A stretch of 64,000 nt of DNA, taken from the NCBI GenBank assembly GCA_030141605.1, contig JAQGDQ010000479.1, forward strand, positions 62,001 to 126,000, given 5' to 3'. Both the position numbers and the translations under genes were made by a program. The stretch's first letter is position 1. Each line of letters opens with the position of its first letter. The DNA comes from Tubiluchus corallicola. Its lineage: Eukaryota; Animalia; Priapulida. The notes beneath the pieces were generated by a model, which worked only from the letters and a program-made list of their open reading frames with translations, had not been told where the DNA came from and did no database searches. Shown here piece after piece: positions 12,121 to 22,419 of this stretch.

Positions 12121-15100
12121 CTACCTGTATTCTAGTGTCTTAGTACCTTCAGAACTTCTTCATAAAGAATGTAAAATGTAGCTCCAGTAAGAACTACCAT
12201 CTTACTAGTTGAAGTTAAAAATAATGTATCGATCCAGAACATTCTGATTGTCAGCTAGAATGGGGGGAATGTATTATAAACTTTTAATTAATGCCAACTA
12301 ATTAATTAATTATAATCTATTATTGCTTGAGCGGAGGAGTCAAGTTAGTTACTAGTGACAAAATGACACATCACGTTATGATCACGTGATCAACTCCTGA
12401 TATGGATCCGAGCTTCTGAGCGCTGAGACTTAGCAGGTTTACAACTTATTAATATTTTTTACTTATTTTTCTTTTCTTTTTTTAACAAACCCTGCAACTC
12501 GATTTAGATTGGGGCAGACTATGAGGGCCAGATGTTCATGGATAAAGTGTATGAATATCTATTTCTATTTGTATATTTTGTTCAATAAACGTGCAATTTC
12601 ATAAGTAGAAACTTTGTGTTGTGTTTTGTTTCTCCCGGAAGGCTCGTAGAGAAAACCAGAAAACACGTCGTCAAATTAAACTAGTTTATTAAGCGAGAAT
12701 TCTACAACACAAAAGTATGAAGGAACGCGAAATGTTTACAGTAAATGTGATAATCTGGAAACGTGAAAGCGAGAAAGCGTATCTGAGAATCTGAGAATAC
12801 GAGGATACAAGAGAATATGAGAGAATAAACTTCAGCGGCCAGCTCCGCCTTATATATCAGTGCAAGGGAACAATCTAGAAATAGAAAGTTCTAGAAACTT
12901 CTACAAGGTAAGAAGATTGTTCTACTATACTATAGAACATTCTACAATATCCTATTTAATTCCAGCCGATCTCCACAACACTTTGTTAGTTTGGCGTGCC
13001 CTCTCGACTATTTACACATCACTACGCGTACGAGTCACGAGCCACACGCCGAAGCAGCAATAAGCAGCAGTACAAAAACACCCTTTTTGCTGTTACTGTG
13101 TTACGATGTTTTTAACATTGCAATGAAAAACAGTATTAACTTTCATTTTTGATTGCTCTGATGCTTATGTTCTGCTGTGAAGATGATTTACTACCCCGAG
13201 ACCTTCTGGAAGCGGATAATCCGCCAGTGCCATCTAGCGTGTGGTTTCGCTGGTTTCTCATCTAACAGAACTGACCAAATTTTGAAAAAATATTTATCAA
13301 CGCATGGAAGACTGCCAGTACGGGTGACTGTAATTAAACTGAGCTGGGCATCTTACCCATATATTATGGAAGTAAAGAGGACCTGTTAAACTATGTTAAA
13401 AGCGTTAGATTATGATAGATATTTATGTTGATGAATGCTGGCATGAAGCTAGTTTAGGAGTGGTGTCACGTGAGTAAGTGATTCAAAACCAAAGCGTAGG
13501 CGTCGATGCCTCGAAGCTCGGCGCACGAGATATAAGCGTTGTGATGCGCCCAGCTCAGGGGATTGAGTCTGGGAGCTGAAGGAGAGCAGGCTAGATCAGG
13601 GACTGGACATTACTATTTATATTTATTGTATTTGATGTTCAATAAACGTGTAGTTTTATAATCAGACTCTTTATAGCTTTGCCATCCATAAAACACCAAT
13701 AATCAGCTTTACACAACCAATACAACGAATTATTTTGCTATGGACTTTTGCGGACTACATGGATTTGTGAACCTTTATGGATTTTTATATATTATGGGCT
13801 ATACTATGCCATCATCGGAAGATGATAATCATATATGATAATCATCATATAAAATCATTTATACATTGACTGTAATTACGTCAAACTATTACATTATTTC
13901 CAAAGAGGCATTTTTCAAAAATCTAACTTATACATCTCATACCCCCTTGACTGTTACTTATAAGATAAATATCGTTACAAACAAAAACAGTTCAGCCGAC
14001 AAAATTATTATTTTAACTCACTTCTCATTATTTGGATCGGATCCAGCTAAGGGAGGCGTCGAACATCCAAACAACATGGATATGAGCATGGTGGCAATGG
14101 TGATGAGAGTGCCTACAAAACACACCAGTAGATGTCCTTTCAGTAGAACGTTGAATTTTTTCACCACAAACCCGCTGATGATCAAGCTCGCAGAGAGGAT
14201 GAGGAGACCAGCACCTAAAGGATGAAGATGAGAGGATGAGAAGCCCAGCACCTAAAACCAATCACATTTGAAGGACAACAAAATGGCCAACCAAAGTCAA
14301 CCTCAGAAAATTCACAATAAAAAATTACATCACCTAAGTATAATCTTATGCGAAGAAAGTACTCACGTTTTCCCATTCATTTCAGTTTTTTTATTTCATT
14401 TTTCTTCTCTTTTACTCAATCTTTGTCTATTATTTATCTTAACTATCTATCTATCTTTTATATCATCTCATATATGATGATATAATACATACATTTGTAC
14501 ATATAGCAAACCTAAACTACGGTATATCTAAACTAGTTATGTGCTCAAAGTAAACCGTATACGAATTTACTAAGCAACATACAAGAGCGATAATTCTCTT
14601 GTTTATCTTTCAACCCCACAGTGTTTTGAGAGTCAAGTTAGTATATTTGTAATGATGCTGTACATAACGTTGTTTAGACACCAGTATTAAAGGAAGTAGC
14701 GATATCACTATCTTTGTTTATTATTTATCTATCTATCTTAACTATCTGTCTATCTTTTATATCATCTCATATATGAGCTTCATTCATTACATCATTCCAT
14801 TCTGAAGCACTAATGTTTTCTTTATCATACGATTTACTTCAAATTTTGAGGTAATTTTCATTACTTTGTTTCTTTCACAGTGTGGGACAATCTAACAAGC
14901 CCTGCTTTTTCATTGCCCGCAACACATTTACATTTGTATATGTAGCAAAAATAAACTATGGTATATCTAAACTAGTTATGTGCTCAATGTAAACTGTATA
15001 CGAATTTACTAAGCAACATACAACATACACGATAATTGTCTTGTTCATCTTTCTTCATTTCTCAAAATATTTCAACCGCTGCAGTAAACGTTGGCGCAGA

Positions 15101-18100
15101 CATTTAGTCCGCCAATTGAAAAGCCGGCATGTGACTGATCACATTTTGCCCAAAATTATGAGCAGTTTATCCAAGGGATGTTTAGTCCTGAACTCCTTTC
15201 AAAAGGAACAAGTGCAGAGTCGAGCCATGGCGGCTCTTGGATAGGTACTGCGGTACTGCAGCACCCCCCGTTTTCACTCATTATAATCGTAACATTCAAT
15301 ATGATAAGTCTTTTTTCTTTAGTTCTTATTTTTGTACTTATGCGGAACCGGATTACATGAGGGTAGTACTGTTTGCTTCACAGCCCCAAGCAACGCGATG
15401 TTTGGCTGTTGTGCGCATGCGTCCATGCGCACATGTCTGAGATAAGACGCTGTACTTTAGGTAGAAAGAGTACTGTTCCTCACTGCAGTACGTGTTGTCA
15501 GTTGTCACGTGCTTAAGAGCCGTGTACCGGCGTATTCTTGAACTTCGACAATTTAGGCTATTCGTAAGGAAACAATATTTTTTGTTTAGGAGTTTATCAA
15601 GGTTACGTTTAAATTAGTTTGTTTGTTTAGCATTACAATTACATATGTTTGTTTCGTTTTACACAGTATTAAAACAATGGCTAAAAATTTTTTAATTTTG
15701 CAGCTCCACCACTAATTTTAGCTACGAGCCGCCACTGATCAAACTGAAAATAAACACAGTGGTAAGGGATCGTTTGGTAGGTATTGATATGAGTTAAGAA
15801 AAAACTAGATAGTTTACATACCGCTGAGAAGGTTTGCCACAGATGCTGATAAGTCAAACTCCACTTCGATGTACTTTGGAAGAAAGAAGTAGTACAATGG
15901 AAACTGATAGAATTCAAGACTAAAACCGATCATCACGAAGACGAAGACGGGATTACGGAACAACACGACCGTCTCGCGGAGCAACTGCTGCGGATGTCGG
16001 AACAACTTCTCGGTGATATCGTCCTGTTCGATTTTTGGCTGCTCATTCAGTTCGTTGATTTGAATGTCGTCTATCATTATGTCTCCATTGCTGAAATGTA
16101 CAGTTGGCCTGATGTCCTTGGCAGGATTTTGTAATGACGAAGGTCCCAGATTGTTCTTCTCTTGAGTGCTTCTATAGACACCGCTCACACCCGTTAAGAG
16201 GACCGTGTGGTCCTTTCTGTGAACAGGAATGTACGGCGCAAACTCCATGCCGAACGGAATGCTGGGATGCGGAATGTCGTCCGGAATGACGTCCATTTTG
16301 CTGTTGGTGTCGCTGGCGTGGAGACGCTGCTTCTTGGGCGCACGTTTGGGAAACATGGTGAATGGTACGGCTAGGAGGAGAGTGGGAACGGCGCAGAGGA
16401 GGTATCCCAACCACCATGCTCCAATCCAATCAGGATCCGTGAGCGAGAGAGAAGACGCTGTAACAAGGAACACAGGCTCACATTAATTACGCGTTATTTT
16501 CTGCACATTGAATCAAAACAAACTCGAAAGTGCTTATAAGAGGCGCCATGAAGTGAAAGACCCTTCCCTCTGTATGGAAGAAGCCGAGAGAAGTATTTAA
16601 ATACCGTCAGCTAATAGAACCTTAAGAAAAACAAAAATTATATCGTGTAAAAAGTTGTGCATTAATGATTTCAGTGTAAAAACGTTTGTGCCTTTAAGTT
16701 ATAATTGAAGTTTTTGGTAAAGATGCTGCTGTCTGCAATTATATGCTATACTAGGGTATGAGTATTAGTATACTAGTAAAGTTATTTACACTGCATACTA
16801 GTGTAATTAAGAGTCAAAAGTTTGAGGTTACAGACTAGTTAGTTTTAGTTTTAAACTATTGAATTTACTTAAGGAAATAGTAAGAAAAATGGTTTAAAGT
16901 GCAGTAAACATTGACAGCCGGAGCTGCCCTAGTTTTTCTTTGGCCCAAGTTTTTAAACATTTAATTCGATATAGTTTTTCGAACTGGACACTAATAATAA
17001 TAATAATAATAATAATAATGCTCGGTAATGAAGTTATTTGCAGTTCTTAGGCCTATAAATTGACACAGAAACGATTCATGTTGCTTTCTCGGTGGGAAAC
17101 TATGTCATGACTCTTTTCGTCAAGAGCTTCATTGATTTTTTTAATTTTTTTTTATTTCTGACAACCAAGAGTGGAAAGAATAGAAAAGACAGAAACTATG
17201 TAACAAATCAAGTATTAAACTTCTTTATAAGACTTATAACAAAAATGTGTTATAATATCTACTTGTGACAACTTTTAAGTATTGCAAATATATCACATTC
17301 TGGCACCCTATGCACAATGATATTAAAAAAGAATGATTTCTGCCTTTCCAGTGCCTTAGCACATTCTTAAAGGACAAGAAAAGGGGTACCTGAAGTAGGT
17401 TTCAGGAAAATCGCCTTAAAAATTATATTACTTTACAGCAATTTTATGCACATATCGTATTTGAGTTAAAAGGAATTTTCGTTTGTTTTCATTTTAAAAC
17501 TCCTGCAATACTGTTCCGAAGTCGCCATTACATGACGTCACTACACAAACCTAAATCAAGTGAAGGAAAGGCAATGTTAAATTATGTTTCAAAAGACTTT
17601 CTGTGCAAATCTATATTACTTAGATTTTCGCTTACCTACTAGAAAGACTTATGTAACTAGAAAAGAAAATTATTAATTATTTAAAATATTTTCACCAATT
17701 GGTGAAATGTCGCTGACTCATCACCCTCCAGGGTGCGCCACTCATTAGCTAAAAACGTATTTTTAATCTTATTGACAAGAAACAGTAATTGAAAATTTTA
17801 CTTAGTTACTAACACGAATGCTCTGATTATTTTTTGAAACTTTACTTAATGTTATCAAAACTTATTTCAAACGACCTACCATTAAAATGACTGCGCCTAA
17901 CGGTCATCGCGGGAGTTTTATACAGCGTTACGGCTAATGCAAGCCATGCATACGAAAAGGTAGTATGTAAGTGGTATAAAACTTCGAGACGAATTTTTTA
18001 AGCTTGATGTAAGTGGAGGGTTTTCTTGTGCTTTCACACATTTTATAACTAACGACCTCGTTTCTACTATAACAGCAAAATATTTACATATAATCATATA

Positions 18101-20769
18101 CTATATAAACAATTATATATATAATTTTCATTATAAGCTTATTATCAGTCATAAGTAACTTGCAAGTATTATAATGTTTTTGAAATCTTACGTTGTAAAT
18201 CTACGGGTATACTGGTACAGAACGCTGCCAGAAGAACTCCAAACATTGGTCCCAGCATTGGCAATGACGTGGAAAGAGCTGTAATTAGAATAGCAGTTAT
18301 AATGATTAAAAATGGCTGCCAAAAGCTTTTAGTTCTTGTGTGTAACTTTGATAATAGTAAAAATAATTCGTTCTATTGGTTGTTCATTAGGGGTGAGCAT
18401 TCTCTAGCAGAAAGCGAATTCGAATCGAACCGAATTTGTGACTTTTGAATTCGAATCGAACCGAACTTCGGTGTTTCGAATTCGAACCGAATTCGAATTG
18501 AGATCGAAAGATTTTCGAACAAGTTTTCGAACCACCAGTAAAAATTAGTCTTACAAAGAACATGCATATCACTAGATTTTGTTCTGCATTAAAACGACTA
18601 ATAATTTGTTTAAAATTTTGCACAGAAATCACAGCTAAATTATGCTAATTGCATGATGTTTCAATCGTTTTAGTGATAAAGAACATGTGTGATTGAATTG
18701 CTGAATTATTCGAATCTATAGTTTTGGATTCGAATCGAGTTCGAACTAAAAAAACTCGTTCGTCGAATTCGAGCGTTCAAATTCGATTCGAACTCGAACG
18801 TTCGATGCTCACCCCTATTGTTCGTAGCTGATTATTGGTGTTTTTTGGGAATGGCAAAACTATGAAGAGTCCGATTATAAAACTACACGTTTATTAAACA
18901 TCAAACACAATAGCTATAACAGATAGTAATGCCAAGCCCCCTGATCTAGCCTGCTCTCTGCTCCGGCTCCCAGACTCAATCCCCTGAGCTGGGCGCATCA
19001 CAAGGCTTATATATCGTGCGCCGAGCTTCGACGCTTCGACGCCTACACTTCGGTTCTGAATCACCAGCTCACGTGACACCACACCTTAACTGCTCTCTGC
19101 TCCGGCTCCCAGACTCAGTCTAATTCCCTGATTTTAGTGAAAGAAGGAGTAGTTACACAAATATTGAATCATACTTTCCCACATCCTGTAACACAACGTC
19201 TAATAAAGTATCCACACATTAATAAATATTTCTTAATCTGGCTTCCTGTAATGTGTTTAAGAGGCTGAAAAGGTTCCAACATAAGCTTTATTAATGTGTG
19301 TATACTTCATTGTGTTACTGTGTTTAATAAACGTGTGGTTTTATAACCTGACTCTTCATAGTTTTGCCATTCCTAAAACATCAATAATCAGCTATACACA
19401 ACCAATGCAACGAAGTATTTTTATTATAATAATTTAACCCTTGCAGGGCAACGATTTTTTACAACCGATATTGGTAACTGGGGGGGGGGGTAAAAATTAC
19501 CCTCATCATAATTCGTAAATTACCGCCGTGTTTCATTAGTAAACAGCAACAGCATAATTTGTGGTTATGCTGACCACCATGGGATACATTATACCTCTGC
19601 TTAAAGACATGTGACTTACTAGTAATACGAAATTAAAATTCACTTAGTTACGTTCCCTTATCTATGCTGGAATAACTGTAGACAACCGACATTGCTAGCG
19701 CGTGTGCAAAAATCATTGTTATTTTGAATTTATTGTCTACTACTTTCTTCTTTGTGGTGGAGTAATGTGAGTAACTGACATTTTGTTTTATCAGATACAT
19801 CGCCCGTATAATGCATAGACAAGCGAAGTAAAGTTTCGACAATTTTAAAAAATCGACATATTGCATTTTCGCTTTTATTTCGTGGTGAGACAATACGCCT
19901 AAAATAAATAACTGAAAGTATTTTGTGCACAAAACATATTTAGAAAAAGTCATAGAAAAGGTTTACTGGGATGCGTGTGGTAAAAGGGTAAAATGCAAAA
20001 AAACGGTCTGGCGGTAATTTTTTACGCCCGGTGACCCTATAAGGGTTAAGCTGCTACACACACCTACGATAACTGGAGCTGTTGTCTTGGAAACGTTGTC
20101 GTCCATGTAAGCCATTCCCAGTGGATGAAACCCGGATCCAGCAGCACCATAAACAAACATGGCTATTGAGAATATGAGAAAAGCTGTGCCCGATGAGCTG
20201 CCTTCAGTGCATGCCACGGTTGTAGATGACCTTGTGTCATCTCCACATAAAGACGTTGTCAAATTAGTTTTAGTACCATTGTTGTCTTTCGCGGCAGAAT
20301 GAATTAGTATCTGTGGCGTTGTTATTAATCCTAGGGCTATGGCCACTACGATCATTCCGGCTCCCATGTACAGTGGCTTGCGACCATGGCCTCCAAAATA
20401 CGCGAATATTATTACACACAACATGTGGCCGAGGTCGTTATAAGTCAGCAATAGCCCGGTCTTTGTCGACGGAAGGCCGTACTGCTTTTCGACCGTTGTT
20501 AATACACCGAGGTAGTATCCTTGCGCAGTGTATCTGACGGTTTGGATCAAAATAAACATCAAGGCGAAGCACTTGACCGTTGCCAACTTCTGCAATCCCT
20601 CGTGGTGGTGTAAGACTCCACAACCACATTTGACGTCATCATCATTAGAGTCTCCACTTGGAGTTGGTTTCGTCTGTTGATTGAGCTTACCATCAATAGA
20701 AGTTTCTGCATTATCTGCTTGAGCAGTTGCTGCATCTAGCGTAGCAACAGTAGCTGAGTTCTCTGCCAT
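6935..20769 (-). CDS. SLCO: Solute carrier organic anion transporter (SLCO/OATP family), 8 coding exons, 757 aa
   Basis: Exons 20064-20769, 18192-18278, 15822-16457, 14022-14214, 11114-11249, 10232-10392, 9496-9560 and 6935-7224 total 2274 nt; all introns GT-AG with matching phases. Motifs: TTVEKQYGLPS, YMDDNV, OATP signature DPDWIGAWWLG, Kazal-like CNTVCDC...ICGADGFTYASPC, PGPVITGTVIDSACLLW...GNCLLYD. Subfamily not assignable by eye. Confidence 0.95.
7494..7910. mobile_element. Tigger/pogo-like (Tc1/mariner superfamily) MITE
   Basis: Right end gagggaacactg followed by TA; left end is a decayed tgttccctcgc inverted counterpart. Confidence 0.6.
8038..8335 (-). mobile_element. CR1/L2-type retroposon 3' end (family D)
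   Basis: Reverse complement of 43262-43566 and 24385-24730; ends with AATAAA plus tgactta tail. Confidence 0.7.
8705..9394 (-). mobile_element. 5'-truncated non-LTR retrotransposon: ORF2 C-terminal Cys/His region plus 3'UTR
   Basis: SRLRLSSHNLTIETGRW...LCSC...IQTEEHVICFC resembles the C-terminal zinc-knuckle region of LINE ORF2; AATAAA and TA-rich tail near 8710-8728. Confidence 0.75.
8792..9144. repeat. 72-bp tandem repeat, about 5 copies, inside the LINE 3'UTR
   Basis: acttttgatcacataacatgatc... recurs at 8792, 8864, 8936, 9008 and 9080. Confidence 0.95.
9496..9560 (-). CDS. SLCO coding exon 7
   Basis: ttacag acceptor, gtaagt donor; (R)CVEEEQKSLALAVNSFVLSII. Confidence 0.9.
9613..9982 (+). 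mobile_element. Solo LTR
   Basis: TGTTGTG...CACAACA termini, TATATAA box, AATAAA, 5-bp TSD cttga/cttca; inverted sibling at 12617-12980. Confidence 0.85.
10232..10392 (-). CDS. SLCO coding exon 6
   Basis: ttgcag acceptor, gtaaga donor; VFEDCLCV...NGKCTNACSSVYPFIV...LMARLR. Confidence 0.9.
10540..11060. repeat. 42-bp minisatellite, about 12 copies, filling most of the SLCO exon5-6 intron
   Basis: Unit acacgaacttacagacctacaattagtcctgatgactatgac. Confidence 0.95.
11114..11249 (-). CDS. SLCO coding exon 5 (Kazal-like loop)
   Basis: tttcag acceptor, gtaact donor; FYLQCNTVCDCPATQHHLICGADGFTYASPCMAAC. Confidence 0.92.
11670..12118. repeat. (AG)n / purine-rich microsatellite
   Basis: Direct reading; flanked by a ~50-bp direct duplication. 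Confidence 0.97.
12617..12980 (-). mobile_element. Solo LTR (same family as 9613-9982, opposite orientation)
   Basis: TGTTGTG...CACAACA termini; perfect 5-bp TSD ctttg at 12612-12616 and 12981-12985. Confidence 0.88.
13460..13736 (+). mobile_element. LTR-like interspersed repeat (family E)
   Basis: TATAA and AATAAA signals. Inverted copy at 18363-19085, fragment at 19320-19420, diverged relative near 55650-55936. Boundaries uncertain. Confidence 0.6.
14022..14214 (-). CDS. SLCO coding exon 4
   Basis: Second of two tandem tttag acceptors, gtgagt donor; GAGLLILSASLIISGFVVKKF...LFGCSTPPLAG. Confidence 0.88.
15148..15737 (-). mobile_element. Interspersed repeat family B, intronic copy
   Basis: Inverted copy of 6284-6887; terminus gagccgccactg. 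Confidence 0.75.
15822..16457 (-). CDS. SLCO coding exon 3
   Basis: ttacag acceptor, gtatgt donor; DPDWIGAWWLGY, long cytoplasmic loop, FLPKYIEVEF. Confidence 0.93.
17371..18032 (+). mobile_element. Kolobok-like MITE (family A), full length
   Basis: TTAA|AGGACAAGAAAA ... TTTTCTTGTGCT|TTCA: TIRs plus TTAA-like TSD; four copies in window. Confidence 0.75.
18192..18278 (-). CDS. SLCO coding exon 2
   Basis: ttacag acceptor, gtaaga donor; ALSTSLPMLGPMFGVLLAAFCTSIPVDLQ. Confidence 0.9.
18363..19085 (-). mobile_element. LTR-like repeat family E, interrupted by a hAT MITE
   Basis: Reverse complement of 13460-13736, split by 18388-18817. Confidence 0.6.
18388..18817. mobile_element. hAT MITE (family C, TTCGAA-rich)
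   Basis: TIR TAGGGGTGAGCAT; 8-bp TSD ttgttcat/ttgttcgt; inverted sibling at 25020-25426. Confidence 0.9.
19438..20045. mobile_element. piggyBac-like MITE
   Basis: TTAA|CCCTTGCAGGG ... CCCTATAAGGG|TTAA. Confidence 0.8.
20064..20769 (-). CDS. SLCO coding exon 1
   Basis: ATG at 20769; TM1-TM4 region; donor G|GTGTGT at 20063; likely upstream acceptor at 20924-20925. Confidence 0.92.
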
Positions 20770-21097
20770 ATTTTGGTTTGTTTCTGGGTTTTAATATCTC
20801 ACATTAATCTTGGAGCTTTGGCACAGATGGTCTAACTGATCATGAGGCAGCTACATGCACTTAACAGAGATCAGGTCTCTTGCAGCTTCTTCATCTTTTG
20901 TCATATGGATAAAAATGAAAATTCTGTAACACAAGCAATAGAAATGACAAAATGAAATCAAATAAAAACAAGATTTAGATGATCAATAGATGGAATGGGA
21001 CTTTTCAGAAAAGTATTATGCTTAGTAGGTCTACACACGAAAATAATGCAACAAGATTTCACAAAAGTGTAAAACTAAAAGTTCGATCTATGTGCTC

Positions 21098-21590
21098 TAT
21101 ACTATACTTTACTATACTGTAGTATACACTACACTACGCTACACTACACTACACTACACTACACTACAATACACTACACTACGCTACGCTACGCTATGCT
21201 ATGCTGCGCTGCGCTGCGCTACGCCACACTACACTACACTACACTACACTACACTACACTACACTACACTACACACTACACTACACTACACTACACTACA
21301 CTACACTACACTACACTACGCTACGCTACGCTACGCTACGCTACGCTATGCTGCGCTGCGCTGCGCTACGCCACACTACACTACACTACACTACACTACA
21401 CTACACTACACTACACTACACTGCGCTGCGCTGCGCTGCGCTGCGCTGCGCTGCGCTGCGCTGCGCTGCGCTACGCTACACTACGCTACACTACACTGCA
21501 CTATACTATACTATACTATACTATACTATACTATACTATACTATACTATACTATACTATACTATACTATACTATACTATACTATACTATA
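21098..21590. repeat. Compound pentanucleotide microsatellite (ACTAC/GCTAC/GCTGC/ACTAT)n
   Basis: Direct reading. Confidence 0.97.
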
Positions 21591-21958
21591 ACAAGAAATA
21601 CAAGACATTAGCATGACGGCTTACTAAACTTGACTCCTTTAAAATTGATGTAGACAGTAAATGTGCTTGATTTCTTGCTTGTTTGTGGGTGACGCAAGAC
21701 CGAAACCTACCAGGTTGACCCTGAAAAACGAGTTAGTCAAGTCAGAGTAAAAGTTAGTTTATTCTCTGTAAGATGTTGGACATTGTCCTTCTCAAAATGG
21801 GTTTTGCATCAATATTTATAGATTTGTAGAAGTACTATCGTATACGAATAGTTTACTATTAGGAGGCACAACGCGTCATAAATTTAATTTCAAATTCAAT
21901 CGACACGAGCTATAATTGTTGAAGATATATAGTTAGTTGTAGATAAGTAATTAACTAC

Positions 21959-22419
21959 CGGGGCGGAACTAGGGGGAACGAGGGGGGCGCCCCCCTGTCA
22001 AAATTTGCGCCCCCTGCAAAATCGGACAAATAATTTTTTTCTAGTGAAAATTGCAGTTCGCACACAATAAACTTGTTGTCGTAACAAAGCTGGTGTGACT
22101 TTTTGAATGACGTATCGTTCCACATTTCATTTTGACATTATTTCCTGCGTATTATTTTCTTAAAACTTGTGTGTGATAAATTTCTGTAAATAACAATTTA
22201 GTTAGAGGCACATTAATAACGTTAGGTTAACTGAGAGTTAATTTTCTCATTATTGCTCTGTCCGCTACGCCGTCCTACACACATGCTAATTATAGGCCTG
22301 CATGCAGTATAAAAAGGGTTAAAAATTGGCTTAACCATTATTTAACCACTTCGGATACCTCGCCCTCCCAGAAAATTTTTGCGCACCCCCCCTGCTTGCC
22401 ACATCTAGTTCCGCCCCTG
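21959..22419. mobile_element. hAT MITE
   Basis: TIR C(A)GGGGCGGAACTAG; perfect 8-bp TSD ttaactac (21951-21958, 22420-22427). Confidence 0.9.
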
